A stretch of 63,496 nucleotides of DNA, the filler included, from Octopus bimaculoides (lineage: Eukaryota), in assembly GCF_001194135.2 (NCBI RefSeq). It is 7 parts of 7 records of this genome, joined end to end, with 100 filler letters (N's around TTAATTAATTAA, not from the genome) between each part and the next. Parts side by side here need not be neighbours in the genome. Positions count along the whole stretch, not along the records: positions 1 to 24,084 come from NC_068985.1; positions 24,185 to 38,060 come from NC_069010.1; 5 more parts are not named here. The stretch is one strand, 5' to 3'. Shown piece by piece: positions 13,584 to 27,204 of this stretch. How positions within the stretch are numbered: position 1 is the first letter of the stretch; each line of letters starts with the position of its first letter. The translations under genes and the position numbers were made by a program. Under the pieces are notes generated by a model, which was not told the DNA's origin, searched no databases, and saw nothing but the letters and a program-made list of their open reading frames with translations.

Positions 13584-16500
13584 GTTTCTCTCTCTCTTTC
13601 CCTTTCTCTCTCTGTCTGTCTGTTTGTATATATCCTCTCTTGTTTATGATACTTTCTCTCTGACTGTGAACGTGTTTGTATAGCTTTCATTTATTTATTG
13701 TCACTTCTCAAAACTAGGATGTACCCGCATCTTGCTCCACCTATGTTAATCCTGTCTAAATTACTCCTTTACTCTTTCTCATCCTATATTTATACATGTG
13801 AAAATCATTACAAATGATAAACATTCATATCGGCTATTATTCTTTGGCAATATTTAATAGTTCTGCACTTAATTATAAATATGAGAAAAATATTATAAAT
13901 ACGGGGTCAAACGAACATGCAAAACTCTCAAAATCTAATGTAACGTTGTTCGTTTTGTTGTTTAAGCCCCTTTTCATATCCAATAGATCGCTCAGATTAT
14001 CAAAGCTCACCCAATTCCCGTTTAGGGGTAACAAAACATGCCTGTACTTCGATATAGTATATCTACCTCCATATTGCTCTGTATGTTTCAACACCTTTTA
14101 AAAAGAGTGGCTGTAAGTTGGGAGAGATTTTCGTTCTATATCTAGCATATTGAGCGACCACAGACAGGCTTCTATACTGGTTGCTATACATAAGGCAGGT
14201 TAATGTGCTATAAAACGTAAAATTATCTAGAATTATCTAGTGTTTAAAGCAGAGCATATATTTGGCAAAAAATACAGTGCTTAAAATATTAGGTTTTTTT
14301 TTTCTCCTCGTAGTATACTAACATACATTTCTTTCTCACTTGATACACAATTGACTTTTGCCAACACAGACAAACAGTGGCTTCCACAAATTCTAGTGAT
14401 TATATTTGAACATATTTGTTTGCCTATTAAAATACTTCACAGCAGCGCTATCCCCTGCTCTGTGATTTATCATTTAGACTTCTCTTGTGTATTGTTGTCT
14501 GTCTGTGAAATAGACACCAATAGAAGTTTATCTGATTTTCCAACTACTGAAATGCTATGCAAAATAAATAAAAAATACTCTACTTGTAAATATCTTTAAT
14601 ATATGTGTGTGTCTCTGTGCGTGTGTATGTGTGTGTTTGTGTGTGTGTGTGTGTGTTGCTATGTAAAAATATCAAATTCCCAAATCCATAGCAATGTCAT
14701 GAAGCTTATCTTATTGCAATACTTTCCAAACATTCATCATGGCTTGTGAAAATGGAAAATGTAATTCTACTTCATGACTTTTGTGAGTAACCGAGCACAA
14801 TATCATTGAATCAAGAGCAGCGAATAGTTTCGACATTCATTTATTTCTCTGAATCATCAAATAAAATAAATAAAATAAAAATTAAAAAAAAAAACCAAAT
14901 ATGTTAGCCTTCAAATATTTTGTCTGAAGTTGAAAGATTTTTCCTGAAATTATAGATTTATAGAAAATAAAACAAACATTTTTATGAGAATGAAACATTT
15001 ACGTATTTTTATTTATTTATTTAACAGTGGGTAGAAAGTCGCCATTAAAAACAAGTTAAAGTCATGAGAAAACTAGGATAAAAGCTAAAAATCACATTCT
15101 CGTCACAACGAACAAGCGAGTATTCGTCTATATAGTGGTTCAGTCTGCTAGAAATAGCACACAACCACACTCAAATCATACTTTAATGTCTTGAAAATAG
15201 AAAATGATGAATGCGGAATATAGCTCTATATGAAATAAGTGTGAGAGAAAAGATGTTGGCAGCTAAGATGTTTCTGATCCTAACTATGTTTAATCAAGGG
15301 TGACTTGATTATAAAGAGCGCAATCGGGATATAAAATTATTTTATAATCCAAGGAACTGCCGTCACTGTTTTTTTTATTGATTTAGCGATTTTGTGACTG
15401 TATTTTTCATAAATAGTCTGTTAATGTGTTTTAATTAATTTTCATATTAATCAAGATTTTAAGGAGCTTTTGCCAAAGATTTGTTAATTAATATATAGGG
15501 TGCTATTGAAGTTGCTATCCTGGGTCTGCTGATTGTAAAGACTTTGGGTAAAATGCATTGCTGCGATACTTAGTGACATAGTCTAACAGGGACAGCATTA
15601 TCTAAACGGGCCCTCCTTTTAATAAGAGAGTAGATCGGAATTCCTGCAAGGTTTAGTGACTATTTCTTACAGGAAAAATAGCCATATTAAGTCTCTGGAA
15701 CTTATGTTCATGCTAGTGAACTAACACATGCATTAATTTCAAATAATGACAATTTAGAGATGATTTAAATATTCTTTTCTACTCTGGGCACAAGGCCTGA
15801 AACTTCTGGGGGAGGGGGCCAGTCGATTAGATCGATCCCAGTACGCAATTGTTACCTAATTTATCGACTCTGAAAGGATGAAAAGCAAAGTCTACCTAAG
15901 CGGAATTTGAACTCAGAACGTAAAGACAGACGAAATACCGCTAACGACTCTGCCAACACGCAACTTAAAATAATTGTTTGCAAGCCCGTCGTATGTGTGT
16001 GTGTGTATATANNNNNNNNNNNNNNNNNNNNNNNNNNNNNNNNNNNNNNNNNNNNNNNNNNNNNNNNNNNNNNNNNNNNNNNNNNNNNNNNNNNNNNNNN
16101 NNNNNNNNNNNNNNNNNNNNNNNNNNNNNNNNNNNNNNNNNNNNNNNNNNNNNNNNNNNNNNNNNNNNNNNNNNNNNNNNNNNNNNNNNNNNNNNNNNNN
16201 NNNNNNNNNNNNNNNNNNNNNNNNNNNNNNNNNNNNNNNNNNNNNNNNNNNNNNNNNNNNNNNNNNNNNNNNNNNNNNNNNNNNNNNNNNNNNNNNNNNN
16301 NNNNNNNNNNNNNNNNNNNNNNNNNNNNNNNNNNNNNNNNNNNNNNNNNNNNNNNNNNNNNNNNNNNNNNNNNNNNNNNNNNNNNNNNNNNNNNNNNNNN
16401 NNNNNNNNNNNNNNNNNNNNNNNNNNNNNNNNNNNNNNNNNNNNNNNNNNTGTGTGTATGCGTGTGCGCGTGTCCATATGTTTGAGAATTTGTGTGAGAA

Positions 16501-17951
16501 TGTGTGTGTGTGTGAGTGTATCTGTGTGTTTGTGTGTGTATGCGCGTGTGTGTGTGCGTGTGTGTGTGCGCGTGTGTGCGTGCGTGCGTGTGTGTGAAAA
16601 AGTGTATGTGCATATTTGTGCGTGCGTGCGTGTGTGTGAGAGAGTGTGTGTGTGTGTGCATGTGTGCGTGTGACCATAAGTGTACCAATGCTTTTTTTAC
16701 AACTCTGTCAGTTAATAAAAATAAAATTACAATTCTCTGTCAAGAAAGATAACTTCGCTACTTGACAATGGAAATCGATATAATAATTACCAGACTGAAT
16801 GAAATAAATATCGGGAGTGAAATGATCGATTAGAGTCCCTTGAAGATGGATTTCCAGCATGAAACCAGTAAAAGATTAAAAGACAAAAAGTTCCTATCAC
16901 GGTGAGGTCAAATTTGCCTTTCATCTTCCCCGAAGCGATAAGACATATTACCCAACGAGACAAATGGCCAAATCCTGGCGTCACTATCATTGATTGTTTC
17001 CTTCATTCTAATATGTTTGCGTGTGTCTGTTATGAATGTTAGTCATAGACATTATAAGTAACGTCACGGCATAACTAAATATGGATTCACTGTTTACTAT
17101 TGTGTTACTAAGTGACATTGCTTGCTATGCTGTCCCGACACCGTTCATTATTGTGTCACTAGACCACTCAGAATACATGAAGCGCTTATTTTGAGTGGTG
17201 TCGTGTCCAACTGGATAATGTGAGGAATAAATTGTCTTGCGATAATTAGATACAGCTATTGAGAATCGGAGTTCAATTCTTTAATAGGAATTTCATAAAA
17301 TGTTTCGAAATTTTGGTACGAAGTCAGCACGTTTCGAGTTGATGACGTCGGCCCCGGTGCTCAACAAGTACTTATTTCATCAATCCGAAAAGTCGAAAGG
17401 CAAAGTCAACCTCGGTGAACTTTGAATTCAGAACATAAAGTCAGACGAAATGCTGCCAAAGATTATGTCATCTCACCACGTTGAGAGATTTAAGAAAACA
17501 GAAGTTAATTTCATAAACTCGCAGTGGACAAACGAACGTATGCGCATCCATTGCGAAGCACTCTTACGTGTATATTTGTTTCATTTCTTTTGATTAACGG
17601 TGTGTTGAGTTAATAAAATACATTTTGTTCATTACGCGATGTCAAGAGCAAAAATATTGGTTTCAAATTATGGCACAAAGCCAGCAATATCGGACGAAGT
17701 GGATAAGTCGATTACATCGACTCCAGTCCTCAACTGTTATTTATTTTATCGAACTCGCATGGATGAAAGGCAAAGTCGACATTGATGGCATTTAAACCCA
17801 GAACGTAAAAACGAACGAAATGCTGCTGAGCATTTTGCTAACGATTCTACCAGTTCACCAGCCGAAAAAAACAAGACTCTTACGGTATCTCGTTCAAAAG
17901 CAAGTTTGATCCAAAGTTCTGACCACCATCTTTTATATATTTTCACGCGCG

Positions 17952-17982
<31 letters not shown>

Positions 17983-19011
17983 TCAGCTTTTCGCTTTCAT
18001 TACTGTTAATTGTCACTATTCATCTGTTTTTATTTTTTGTTTGTGTTTTGGAGGTTTCACTTTAGCGACACCAGTTACACATGGTACCAGGAATTTGCTT
18101 GGTGTCCTCAAAGTGGAAAAAGGTGTTTTTTTAGATTTTTGAAAATTTGAAACAAACGGCAAAGTCTTTTAAAAACTGACTGTCACAGAGATGTGAAAAT
18201 ATTGCTATTTCTCGTTAATTTCAAATAAAACTTACCAAAGATGAGGGTCTTCAGCGCCCCCTAGTACCCTCAAGTCTCTTAACGCCACCTAGTTCCCCTT
18301 TGCTCCAAAACCCCCCTCGAGCTCCAAACGTCCCCCGTTGAGGACCTTTGCTATAAATGATTAGTATTTCTTCTAAGGCAAGTAGAAATTTTGTGTTTTA
18401 TAAATGTTCTATCAGTTGCCTTAATTTATAGATATTTTTATTATGTTAAAGAGACCAATAACGTCTTCGAATTCTTCCCATAGGTAAAGCATTTGAAAAC
18501 ATAACACTGAAATACAGATATTTGCTTTCATTATGAACATGTCTCAATGAATTCGCATAAATTATAAAATGTTAATATTTTTTCTTTAGCTGCAGCTTAG
18601 TGCATATCAAGTAGAATTTTTATCCACCTTTGACCATTCTAACTTTTATGTCTATGTAGATCTTACATTACCTTGTGATTCTGTTATTTTTGCACGATTT
18701 TAGTGGAATTTGGCTGCAAATACAAACGTGACAGTAGCCTATAAAAAGATTCCTTGTTGGTTTCTATAATGGACAGTTGTCAATGGAAGCCAAGAAAAAT
18801 ATTGTGGCCTTGAGATCATTAGTACTGTTGTTATTGTTGACGTAGCTTTTGTTGTTTATCCCCAGGTCAGCTTGGACTGAGCAGACAAGCTATTCTAGCC
18901 ATGATAATCTCATTTGAAATCCTATAAATCATCCTCGATATGAATAGATTTTTACGACACAAGACGAAGACGATCTTTACAATGTTACACCTAATTATAC
19001 ATATAAACATT

Positions 19012-19046
<35 letters not shown>

Positions 19047-19368
19047 GTGTATATATATGTGTATATATATATATATATATATANNNNNNNNNNNNNNNNN
19101 NNNNNNNNNNNNNNNNNNNNNNNNNNNNNNNNNNNNNNNNNNNNNNNNNNNNNNNNNNNNNNNNNNNNNNNNNNNNNNNNNNNNNNNNNNNNNNNNNNNN
19201 NNNNNNNNNNNNNNNNNNNNNNNNNNNNNNNNNNNNNNNNNNNNNNNNNNNNNNNNNNNNNNNNNNNNNNNNNNNNNNNNNNNNNNNNNNNNNNNNNNNN
19301 NNNNNNNNNNNNNNNNNNNNNNNNNNNNNNNNNNNNNNNNNNNNNNNNNNNNNNNNNNNNNNNNNNNN

Positions 19369-19458
<90 letters not shown>

Positions 19459-20109
19459 AGTAGTAGTAGTAGTATTAGCTGTAGCAACATTCAAACTTTG
19501 CTGAAAGTAAATAATACATTATTTTTTCAGACGCTTTAAGTAGGTCTACCAGCTAAATTTAGATAAGTTTTCATAAAACTTGGTCTGCAGCTTCAGGCTA
19601 ATCTTATGTGCTGTTTTGTTAATGGTTTCCACATTTATAAATGTGTTTCACAATATGACAACATATATTACAAAATAGATACACTTGCGCAAAGACAGAA
19701 TTGCATAGAGACTCATAGGCGCGCACATGTCTTATAGAATATATATGTACGTCTGTGTGAATGTGTGTACGTATATATATATATATATATATATAATTTG
19801 AATTCTTATTTGAATATGTATATTTATATCGTGATTAGTACCACTGCGTGGAAATTTGGACAAGAGTCTCCAGTTAACTCCCCAGGCCAAGCAAACGGTG
19901 TGAATGCATCTCTTAGAAAGAAAATTGTCGTGTATCGAATCTGTGTGTTTATGTATGCCTATGTTATATATTTATAGAGAGAGATAAATAGATCGTTACA
20001 CTTGTTACTATTGTAGAGTATCGGAGGTTATTATATATATATAACCACATGTAGATCGTTTGCTATTTTTTCCTCTGTCTTCCTTTTCTTTTGGATTTCC
20101 CTCCGTCTC

Positions 20110-20146
20110 CTGTTTTTGACGAAGAGCTTTGCTCGAAACGTAAATC
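20110..20146 (+). ncRNA. Minimal hammerhead-like motif (C3 replaced by U) in a (TA)n-flanked repeat
   Basis: UUGACGA-A-GAGC(uuu)GCUC-GAAAC-GUA. Stem I is weak. Confidence 0.45.
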
Positions 20147-20247
20147 TGCCATTGTTTCCTTCCCTGAGCGTCTGCTAATACTTTGCATGTACCACGTCCT
20201 CGCGTTGTTGTTTTTCTTTCTTGTATTTGTTCTTAGTTCTTTTGGGG

Positions 20248-20279
<32 letters not shown>

Positions 20280-21874
20280 NNNNNNNNNNNNNNNNNNNNN
20301 NNNNNNNNNNNNNNNNNNNNNNNNNNNNNNNNNNNNNNNNNNNNNNNNNNNNNNNNNNNNNNNNNNNNNNNNNNNNNNNNNNNNNNNNNNNNNNNNNNNN
20401 NNNNNNNNNNNNNNNNNNNNNNNNNNNNNNNNNNNNNNNNNNNNNNNNNNNNNNNNNNNNNNNNNNNNNNNNNNNNNNNNNNNNNNNNNNNNNNNNNNNN
20501 NNNNNNNNNNNNNNNNNNNNNNNNNNNNNNNNNNNNNNNNNNNNNNNNNNNNNNNNNNNNNNNNNNNNNNNNNNNNNNNNNNNNNNNNNNNNNNNNNNNN
20601 NNNNNNNNNNNNNNNNNNNNNNNNNNNNNNNNNNNNNNNNNNNNNNNNNNNNNNNNNNNNNNNNNNNNNNNNNNNNNNNNNNNNNNNNNNNNNNNNNNNN
20701 NNNNNNNNNNNNNNNNNNNNNNNNNNNNNNNNNNNNNNNNNNNNNNNNNNNNNNNNNNNNNNNNNNNNNNNNNNNNNNNNNNNNNNNNNNNNNNNNATAT
20801 ATATATATATATAAGTCAATGAAATTCAAAATATGATTTTTACGTAAACTCTTTTAGCTTTCACAATTTTACAATCTTACAGATTACGATAAAAGTTGTA
20901 CTTTTATGCTTTCGGCAGTCTTCAAGCTTATATAGTAACAATATTAAACCCAGTTGAATTTCATTATTGATAACTGCAGTGTAATGGTTGCTTTGTCCTT
21001 TAAATACTTCCCACTAGACTCCAACAAATTGTATCTTACGAAGAGTTTCAACCAATCAGCGTGTGGCTTAGCCGTCACAGTTTGGTGAGAGCATCAATAG
21101 AGTTGATATTGAACGGGACGACGATGTTTATGCGTTCACCAAATAATGACATTTAAGCCACAAATTGATTGGTTAAAATACTGTTTGTATGATATAGATT
21201 GCCGCAATCTACTGGAAAGTATTTAAAGGACAATTAGAATCTTTCTCTTACACATATCACTTTTGAAACATAACCATGAGTTAATACTGATAAAATATAA
21301 ACCTAGAGATTGTGGATAGCATGAAAATACTTGTTTGATTATATTTGATATTATAAGATTGTGAAAAGTACAAAATAAAATGTAAATGTCAGAGGTCATA
21401 TACCCCTTCATTCTCATCCCTAAGAAGAGAAATTAATGCAAACAAATATTGAAATCTGGCATTAACTACAACTTAGCTGCAATTTGCATGTCGGCTGTTT
21501 TATTAGTTACATTATTGCATAAATAATAAATCTTCGTGGGTCGGGAGAAGTCAAGAGAATTTAACGGTGACGTGTGATAAATGATGACGTGTAAAGAAAA
21601 TTCAAATTTTTTGTGAGTACGAAATAAATAATGGGCCGCATCTGTTCAAAGTTCCACAGTGAAAGGGTTATAGGCTGTAGCTGAATTAGTTTTATATTAG
21701 GCTATTTATGTATGTATGTATGTATGTATGTATGTATTTATGAATGTATGTATGCATGTATGTATGTGTGTATGTATGTATGGATGGATATGTATATATG
21801 TATATATATTTGTATGCATACCTATTTACATATGCATATATCTACGGTTATATATAAAAATATGTATACGTATC

Positions 21875-21929
<55 letters not shown>

Positions 21930-23195
21930 TGCGTGTGTGTGTATGTATGTAGGTATNNNNNNNNNNGTGCGTGTGTGTGTATGTATGTAGGTATGTATGT
22001 ATATATATATATATATATATACATATATACATATATATTATATAAGTACATATATATGTTATTTGTATATAAACATTTATATACACCAGAACGTGTGTAT
22101 ATGTCTGTGTATGTGCGCGAGAGAGAGAGAAAGAGAAGAGAGAGAAAGATATATATATATATATATATATANNNNNNNNNNNNNNNNNNNNNNNNNNNNN
22201 NNNNNNNNNNNNNNNNNNNNNNNNNNNNNNNNNNNNNNNNNNNNNNNNNNNNNNNNNNNNNNNNNNNNNNNNNNNNNNNNNNNNNNNNNNNNNNNNNNNN
22301 NNNNAGCTTGTGCGACATTTTGTTCCATCGTTATCTAACATAATTTCCCTATGTCGTCAGTGACTTTTATAATCTTGCTTATACCAAAAGATGCCACCGA
22401 TCAATACACCACAGTTGAACAAAGATTTTAATGCTTTGGAGAAACACATCAAGTTGTAAGATATTTGCTAGTATATTTCTTTGAGAAATTTATCGCAATC
22501 ACACATGAATAAGGCTGCTTAGCAAGATGTCGGATTGAGTTACAGGTGATGACGTACAAATGTTAGCCAATGGTATTTCTAACAGATTTTGTATGAATGC
22601 ATTGGGACTTGGGCACAAGAATCTAGTGATATCTAAACTGCTGTCGGACATCACTGGAATAGAATTTGTGATATTTTGCACATTTGGGAGACGATGAAGT
22701 GTATATGTATTGACTGATGAGAATGTAAATTTACATGTTTCAGTCATTGTCGATCTTTGCAGCAGAAAGCAGAGTTACTGTTAGTGTTTCACTTCAACGA
22801 CTGACATAGGAAGTTGGATGAGATATCGCTGGGAATGGAGCTGACATGTTGATATATGCGTATATATTGACATGCACATAACTAAGTCGCATGTGTGGAT
22901 ACACACACACGCAAATAGATAGATATATTGATTTATTCATACAAACATATATAAGTGTAGACGTACATTTATGCATGAATACATTTGAATAAAATATATA
23001 TGTGCACGTGTATGTGTGTCTGTGTGTATTTATATATATATAATGAACATACCTGAGTATGGAAATAGGAACAAGCTCTATCATTCACTCACACATAGAG
23101 ATACCACATAATATCGTCGATCGTTTTTCAGTCATTATTTGCCTAGACAATGAGTAAATAATTTCACCGTTAAGCGTTAGATAAGTGAGTGACTG

Positions 23196-23347
23196 TGTAT
23201 GTATGTATACATGTATGTATGTATGTATGCATGTATGTATGCATGCATGCATGTATGCATGCATGTATGTTTGTATGTATGTATGCATGTATGTATGCAT
23301 GTATGTATGTAAGTATATATGTATGTATGTATGCATGTATGTATGTA
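23196..23347. repeat. (GTAT/GCAT)n tetranucleotide microsatellite
   Basis: Directly visible. Representative of many TA, CA, TAA, GATA and GTAT tracts across the window. Confidence 0.95.
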
Positions 23348-24050
23348 TACACACAAACGCGTGCGCAAACACACAAATAAGGATAAGAGAAATTATAGAA
23401 GGAACACATCTATGTAGTCAATACAAATTCCAAAGCATTATTTAAAGTACACAACGAAATTAATATAAATATAAATTTATATAAATAAGTGAATAAAATT
23501 ACATGTAAAAGGTATATGTAAAAACGATGTGTCTTGTACGTTGGGTTCAGGTACCGAATGGAGAAGTGACAAATAAAGAGAGAAAAATCCGAGGTAAAGG
23601 CTTCCAATCCATTAAGTATTTGATGTTTATATGAATTGTTTGGATGAGAGTTCAAAATTTAAACATTCAGAGATAAATAAATTTGGTTAAAATTATTAAA
23701 TAAGATAAATATACATATTCGGGTAAAGGATATCATCTACGGCCGTTTCAGGAGTATATTAAATGTATAAATGACATTTTAAGTATTCCATATACAAAAA
23801 CATAGTGCCCCACCCATCAGGATGGTTTCCTCCGTTAGGAAATCCTACACGGTGATAATTCAAACATGCTGCGCAATACCCTCTAATACCAAACTGTCTA
23901 TCGCTCCTGGAAATGAATTATTTTAATGCTGTAATTCGCTAACCCTTACTGTACGTATGTTGCTGCTACATGTTTGTTAGAAGAATTACGTTTCATAATA
24001 TAATTGCTGTATAATGTATTACTTCATTCTCAGCATAACATCACTCTCCC

Positions 24051-24084
<34 letters not shown>

Positions 24085-24184
24085 NNNNNNNNNNNNNNNN
24101 NNNNNNNNNNNNNNNNNNNNNNNNNNNNTTAATTAATTAANNNNNNNNNNNNNNNNNNNNNNNNNNNNNNNNNNNNNNNNNNNN
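24085..24184. other. 100-nt scaffolding join: N run with a central TTAATTAATTAA linker
   Basis: The same structure occurs at about 38061, 49929, 57200, 59433 and 61896. The 12-mer has stops in all six frames. Confidence 0.9.
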
Positions 24185-24280
24185 CATTACATTTGACAGA
24201 GTAATGTGAATACTGAAGGGTTGAATGTTAAAGACCTCAAGAGTAAGCCCCGAAAGATCAGAAGACTAGAAAGCTAAACT

Positions 24281-24418
24281 GGAGTGGTTGGCGTTAGGAA
24301 GGGCATCCAGCTGTAGAAACTCTGCCAAATCAGATTGGAGCCTGGTGTAGCCATCTGGTTTCACCAGTCCTCAGTCAAATCGTCCAACCCATGCTAGCAT
24401 GGAAAGCGGATGTTAAAC

Positions 24419-24451
<33 letters not shown>
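24281..24451 (+). mobile_element. RTE-type LINE/SINE 3' tail ending in (GAT)n
   Basis: GGAGTGGTTGGCGTTAGGAAGGGCATCCAGCTGTAG...GGAAAGCGGATGTTAAACGATGATGAT. Near-identical copies at about 28975-29190 (-), 30420-30927 (+), 31190-31452 (-), 33990-34172 (-), 35520-36237 (+) and 50029-50340 (+). Confidence 0.75.
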
Positions 24452-24452
<1 letters not shown>

Positions 24453-24895
24453 GTTTTAAATTTATCCTTCATTATCGCATAGCTTCAACTCTGGAAAATT
24501 TTTACATGGTGATTATTTATTTTTAGAATGACATTGTAGGGTAGATATGAGAGGCCAGATTTGGCTGGTCTGAACATGAAACAGGTTGAATATTTGGGCC
24601 AGATATGGCCAATTTAAATGCCAAATGGTTAAAACAAGGGCTGGTTCACATGACATTTGGGCATGTCTACACACACTAGTTGTCCTATGTGATACATACC
24701 AAGGGATCAACTCTCTTCCAAGTCCTGTATGCCTTAATAACAGAACCCTCTTTTGCTGTCTAATCCACAACTGGAACTCTTGAAATGTACTCTAGGACAC
24801 AGCAAAACCAAGAAGTAGCTATGACTCAAGGGTTACTGCATGTTCCTTAAACTCTTGAACTTGCACGAGATGCAGTTTAGTGTCTTACTGATGAC

Positions 24896-24962
<67 letters not shown>

Positions 24963-25006
24963 NNNNNNNNNNTCACTCACACACAATCACACACTCACAC
25001 ACACTC

Positions 25007-25042
<36 letters not shown>

Positions 25043-25141
25043 TCATAAACCTTTCAACTATTTGTGTTCTTGTTTTGTTTTGTTTTGTTTCTTTTTCTTT
25101 ATTTTTCTCTCTCTCTCACTTTTGTTTTCTCTCTTTTCCAG

Positions 25142-25249
25142 CTGGAAAGTTGTGAGAAAGTGGAAGTGTCCATCAATGACACCCCTGTTACTGCTTCCTC
25201 TTCAAAATGGCACAACCCATTCCACAATGAGTACTATTCCCCTGTATGG
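25142..25249 (+). CDS. RABGGTA: Rab geranylgeranyltransferase subunit alpha, first exon visible here (Ig-like domain), phase 0 to 0
   Basis: TTTTCCAG acceptor. Reads LESCEKVEVSINDTPVTASSSKWHNPFHNEYYSPVW and is followed by ATATCCTTT. Splices in frame with five further exons matching the RABGGTA C-terminal half. Confidence 0.85.
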
Positions 25250-26888
25250 ATATCCTTTTGCTAAACTTCTACTACTACTACTAATAATAATAATAATTGT
25301 TGCAAATTTTAGCACAGGGCCAGAAATTTTGTAAGAGGATTAGTCAATTATATCGACCCTAGTACTTAACTGGTGTTTATTTTATCAATCTCGAAAAAAT
25401 GAAAGGCAGTCGCCCTCAGCAGAGTTTGAACTCAGAATGTAGAGTCAGAAGAAATGCTACTAGGCATTTTACCGGACACACTAATGATTCTGTCAGATCA
25501 CCACGATGATAATGATCCTTTCTACTAACGGTATAAGGTCTGAAATTTTGGGGGAGGGTACTAGTCAACTACATTGAACCCAGTGTTTCACTGGTACTTA
25601 ATTCAGCGGAATTTGAACTCGGAATGTAAGGACAGATGAAATGATGCTAAGCATTTTGCCCAGCATGCTAAAGATTCTGCCAGCTCAACACCATAATAAT
25701 AATAATAATAATAATAATAATCCTTTCTACTTTAGGCACAAGGATTGAAATTTTGAGGGTGGGGTCTAATCTATTACATCAACCCCAGTGTTTCACTGGT
25801 ATTTAATTTATTGACCCCGAAAGGCAAAGGATGAGCATTTTGTCCAGTGTGCTAATGATTCTTATTTCTTTACTGCCCACAAGGGGCTAGACGCAGAGGG
25901 GACAAACGGATTAAGTCAATTATATTGACCCCAGTGCGTAACTGGTACTTATTTAATTGACCCCGAAAGGATGAAAGGCAAAGTCAACCTCGGCGGAATT
26001 TGAACTCAGAACGTAGCGGCAGACGAAATACCGCTAAGCATTTCACCCAGCGTGCTAACGTTTCTGCCAGCTTGCTGCCAGTGTGCTAATGATTCTGCCA
26101 GCTCATCACCCTATTAATAATAATGATAATAACAATAAACATTATCAGCCACACATACTCAAAGTATGTACTTTGCTTGTTTGCTGGTAGGCTGCAATTT
26201 GGCATGGTGGGGATGACTCCCTCAAAGCACCAGGTGTTAAAAAAGCTGAAAGGCATATTTAGGTGAGACACCTTAACACCATGCTAAATCGTAGGGTGAA
26301 TACATTGTTTAGAACTCATCCTGAATTACCTTGTAGTTTTGAGATTTTGATGATGAACTCATCATTTAACATCTGTTTTTCCATGTTGGTATGGGTTAGA
26401 TGGTTTGATTGGAACTGGTAAGCCAGTGAGCTGCACCAAGTTCCAGTCAGATTTGGCATGGATTTCTATGGCTGGATGCCCTTTCTAATACCAACCACTC
26501 CAAGGTTGTATTGTGTACATTCTTAGTGTTGTTGGTGGTGGTGGTGGTAGCCAAGGTGGTCAGAGATGACCGTGATAGTAAGCAATGTGTAAGACTGTAG
26601 TGATCGTGGTGGAGGGGAAGAGCAGCATACCACCAAGGGTCTCGGTGACTTATCATCACCTTTGTAAGGCCCAACATGCTTCACCACCTGTCACAGGTGT
26701 GAGAGGTGAGGTCTGGTCAGTTTGAACATCAAACAGGGAGAATATTTGGGCTGGATATGGCTGGGTTAAAGGCTAAAGAGTTAATTGTGCCATTTGTTCT
26801 TATGAAATTTGCTTTCATCTACTGGTTCCATTCAGGTGTCCTGGACTTCAAATACATCTAACAACATTCTTTCCTTGACTCTCAGTAA
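25250..26888 (+). other. RABGGTA: U12-type intron, AT 5' end, apparent AA 3' end
   Basis: 5' site ATATCCTTTT at 25250; branch site TTCCTTGAC at 26871-26879. The in-frame junction nearest the branch site that avoids a stop follows ...CAGTAA at 26888. Confidence 0.7.
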
Positions 26889-27052
26889 ATTCTTCCCCTA
26901 CCGAAAGAGTTCTTGTCGGAAACTTCCCTGGACATCACAGTTAAACTTTACGCCAAATCAACGACTCTAGCAAGCTGTACCCTTTCGCTGAAAGAATCAA
27001 CAGACCGTATCTGCTATCGTTCTAATAACCTGAGGCCAGACACAATTTTCAA
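26889..27052 (+). CDS. RABGGTA: RABGGTA exon (Ig-like domain), phase 0 to 2
   Basis: ILPLPKEFLSETSLDITVKLYAKSTTLASCTLSLKESTDRICYRSNNLRPDTIF, then a GTTAGT donor. The 5' boundary depends on the U12 acceptor call. Confidence 0.75.
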
Positions 27053-27204
27053 GTTAGTTTTAGTTTTTATCTTTTACTTATTTCACTTGTTCGACTGCTG
27101 CCATGCTGGAGCACTGACCTGAAGGGCATAATCAAAGAAACTGGATCCCCAGTACTTATTTTTTTCAAGTTTACCACTTATTCTGTTAATCTTTTTTGCC
27201 AAAC

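Noticed and set aside
24129-24140. TTAATTAATTAA palindrome recurring six times
   Set aside because: Always centred in a 100-nt N gap; it is a six-frame-stop assembly linker, not biological sequence.
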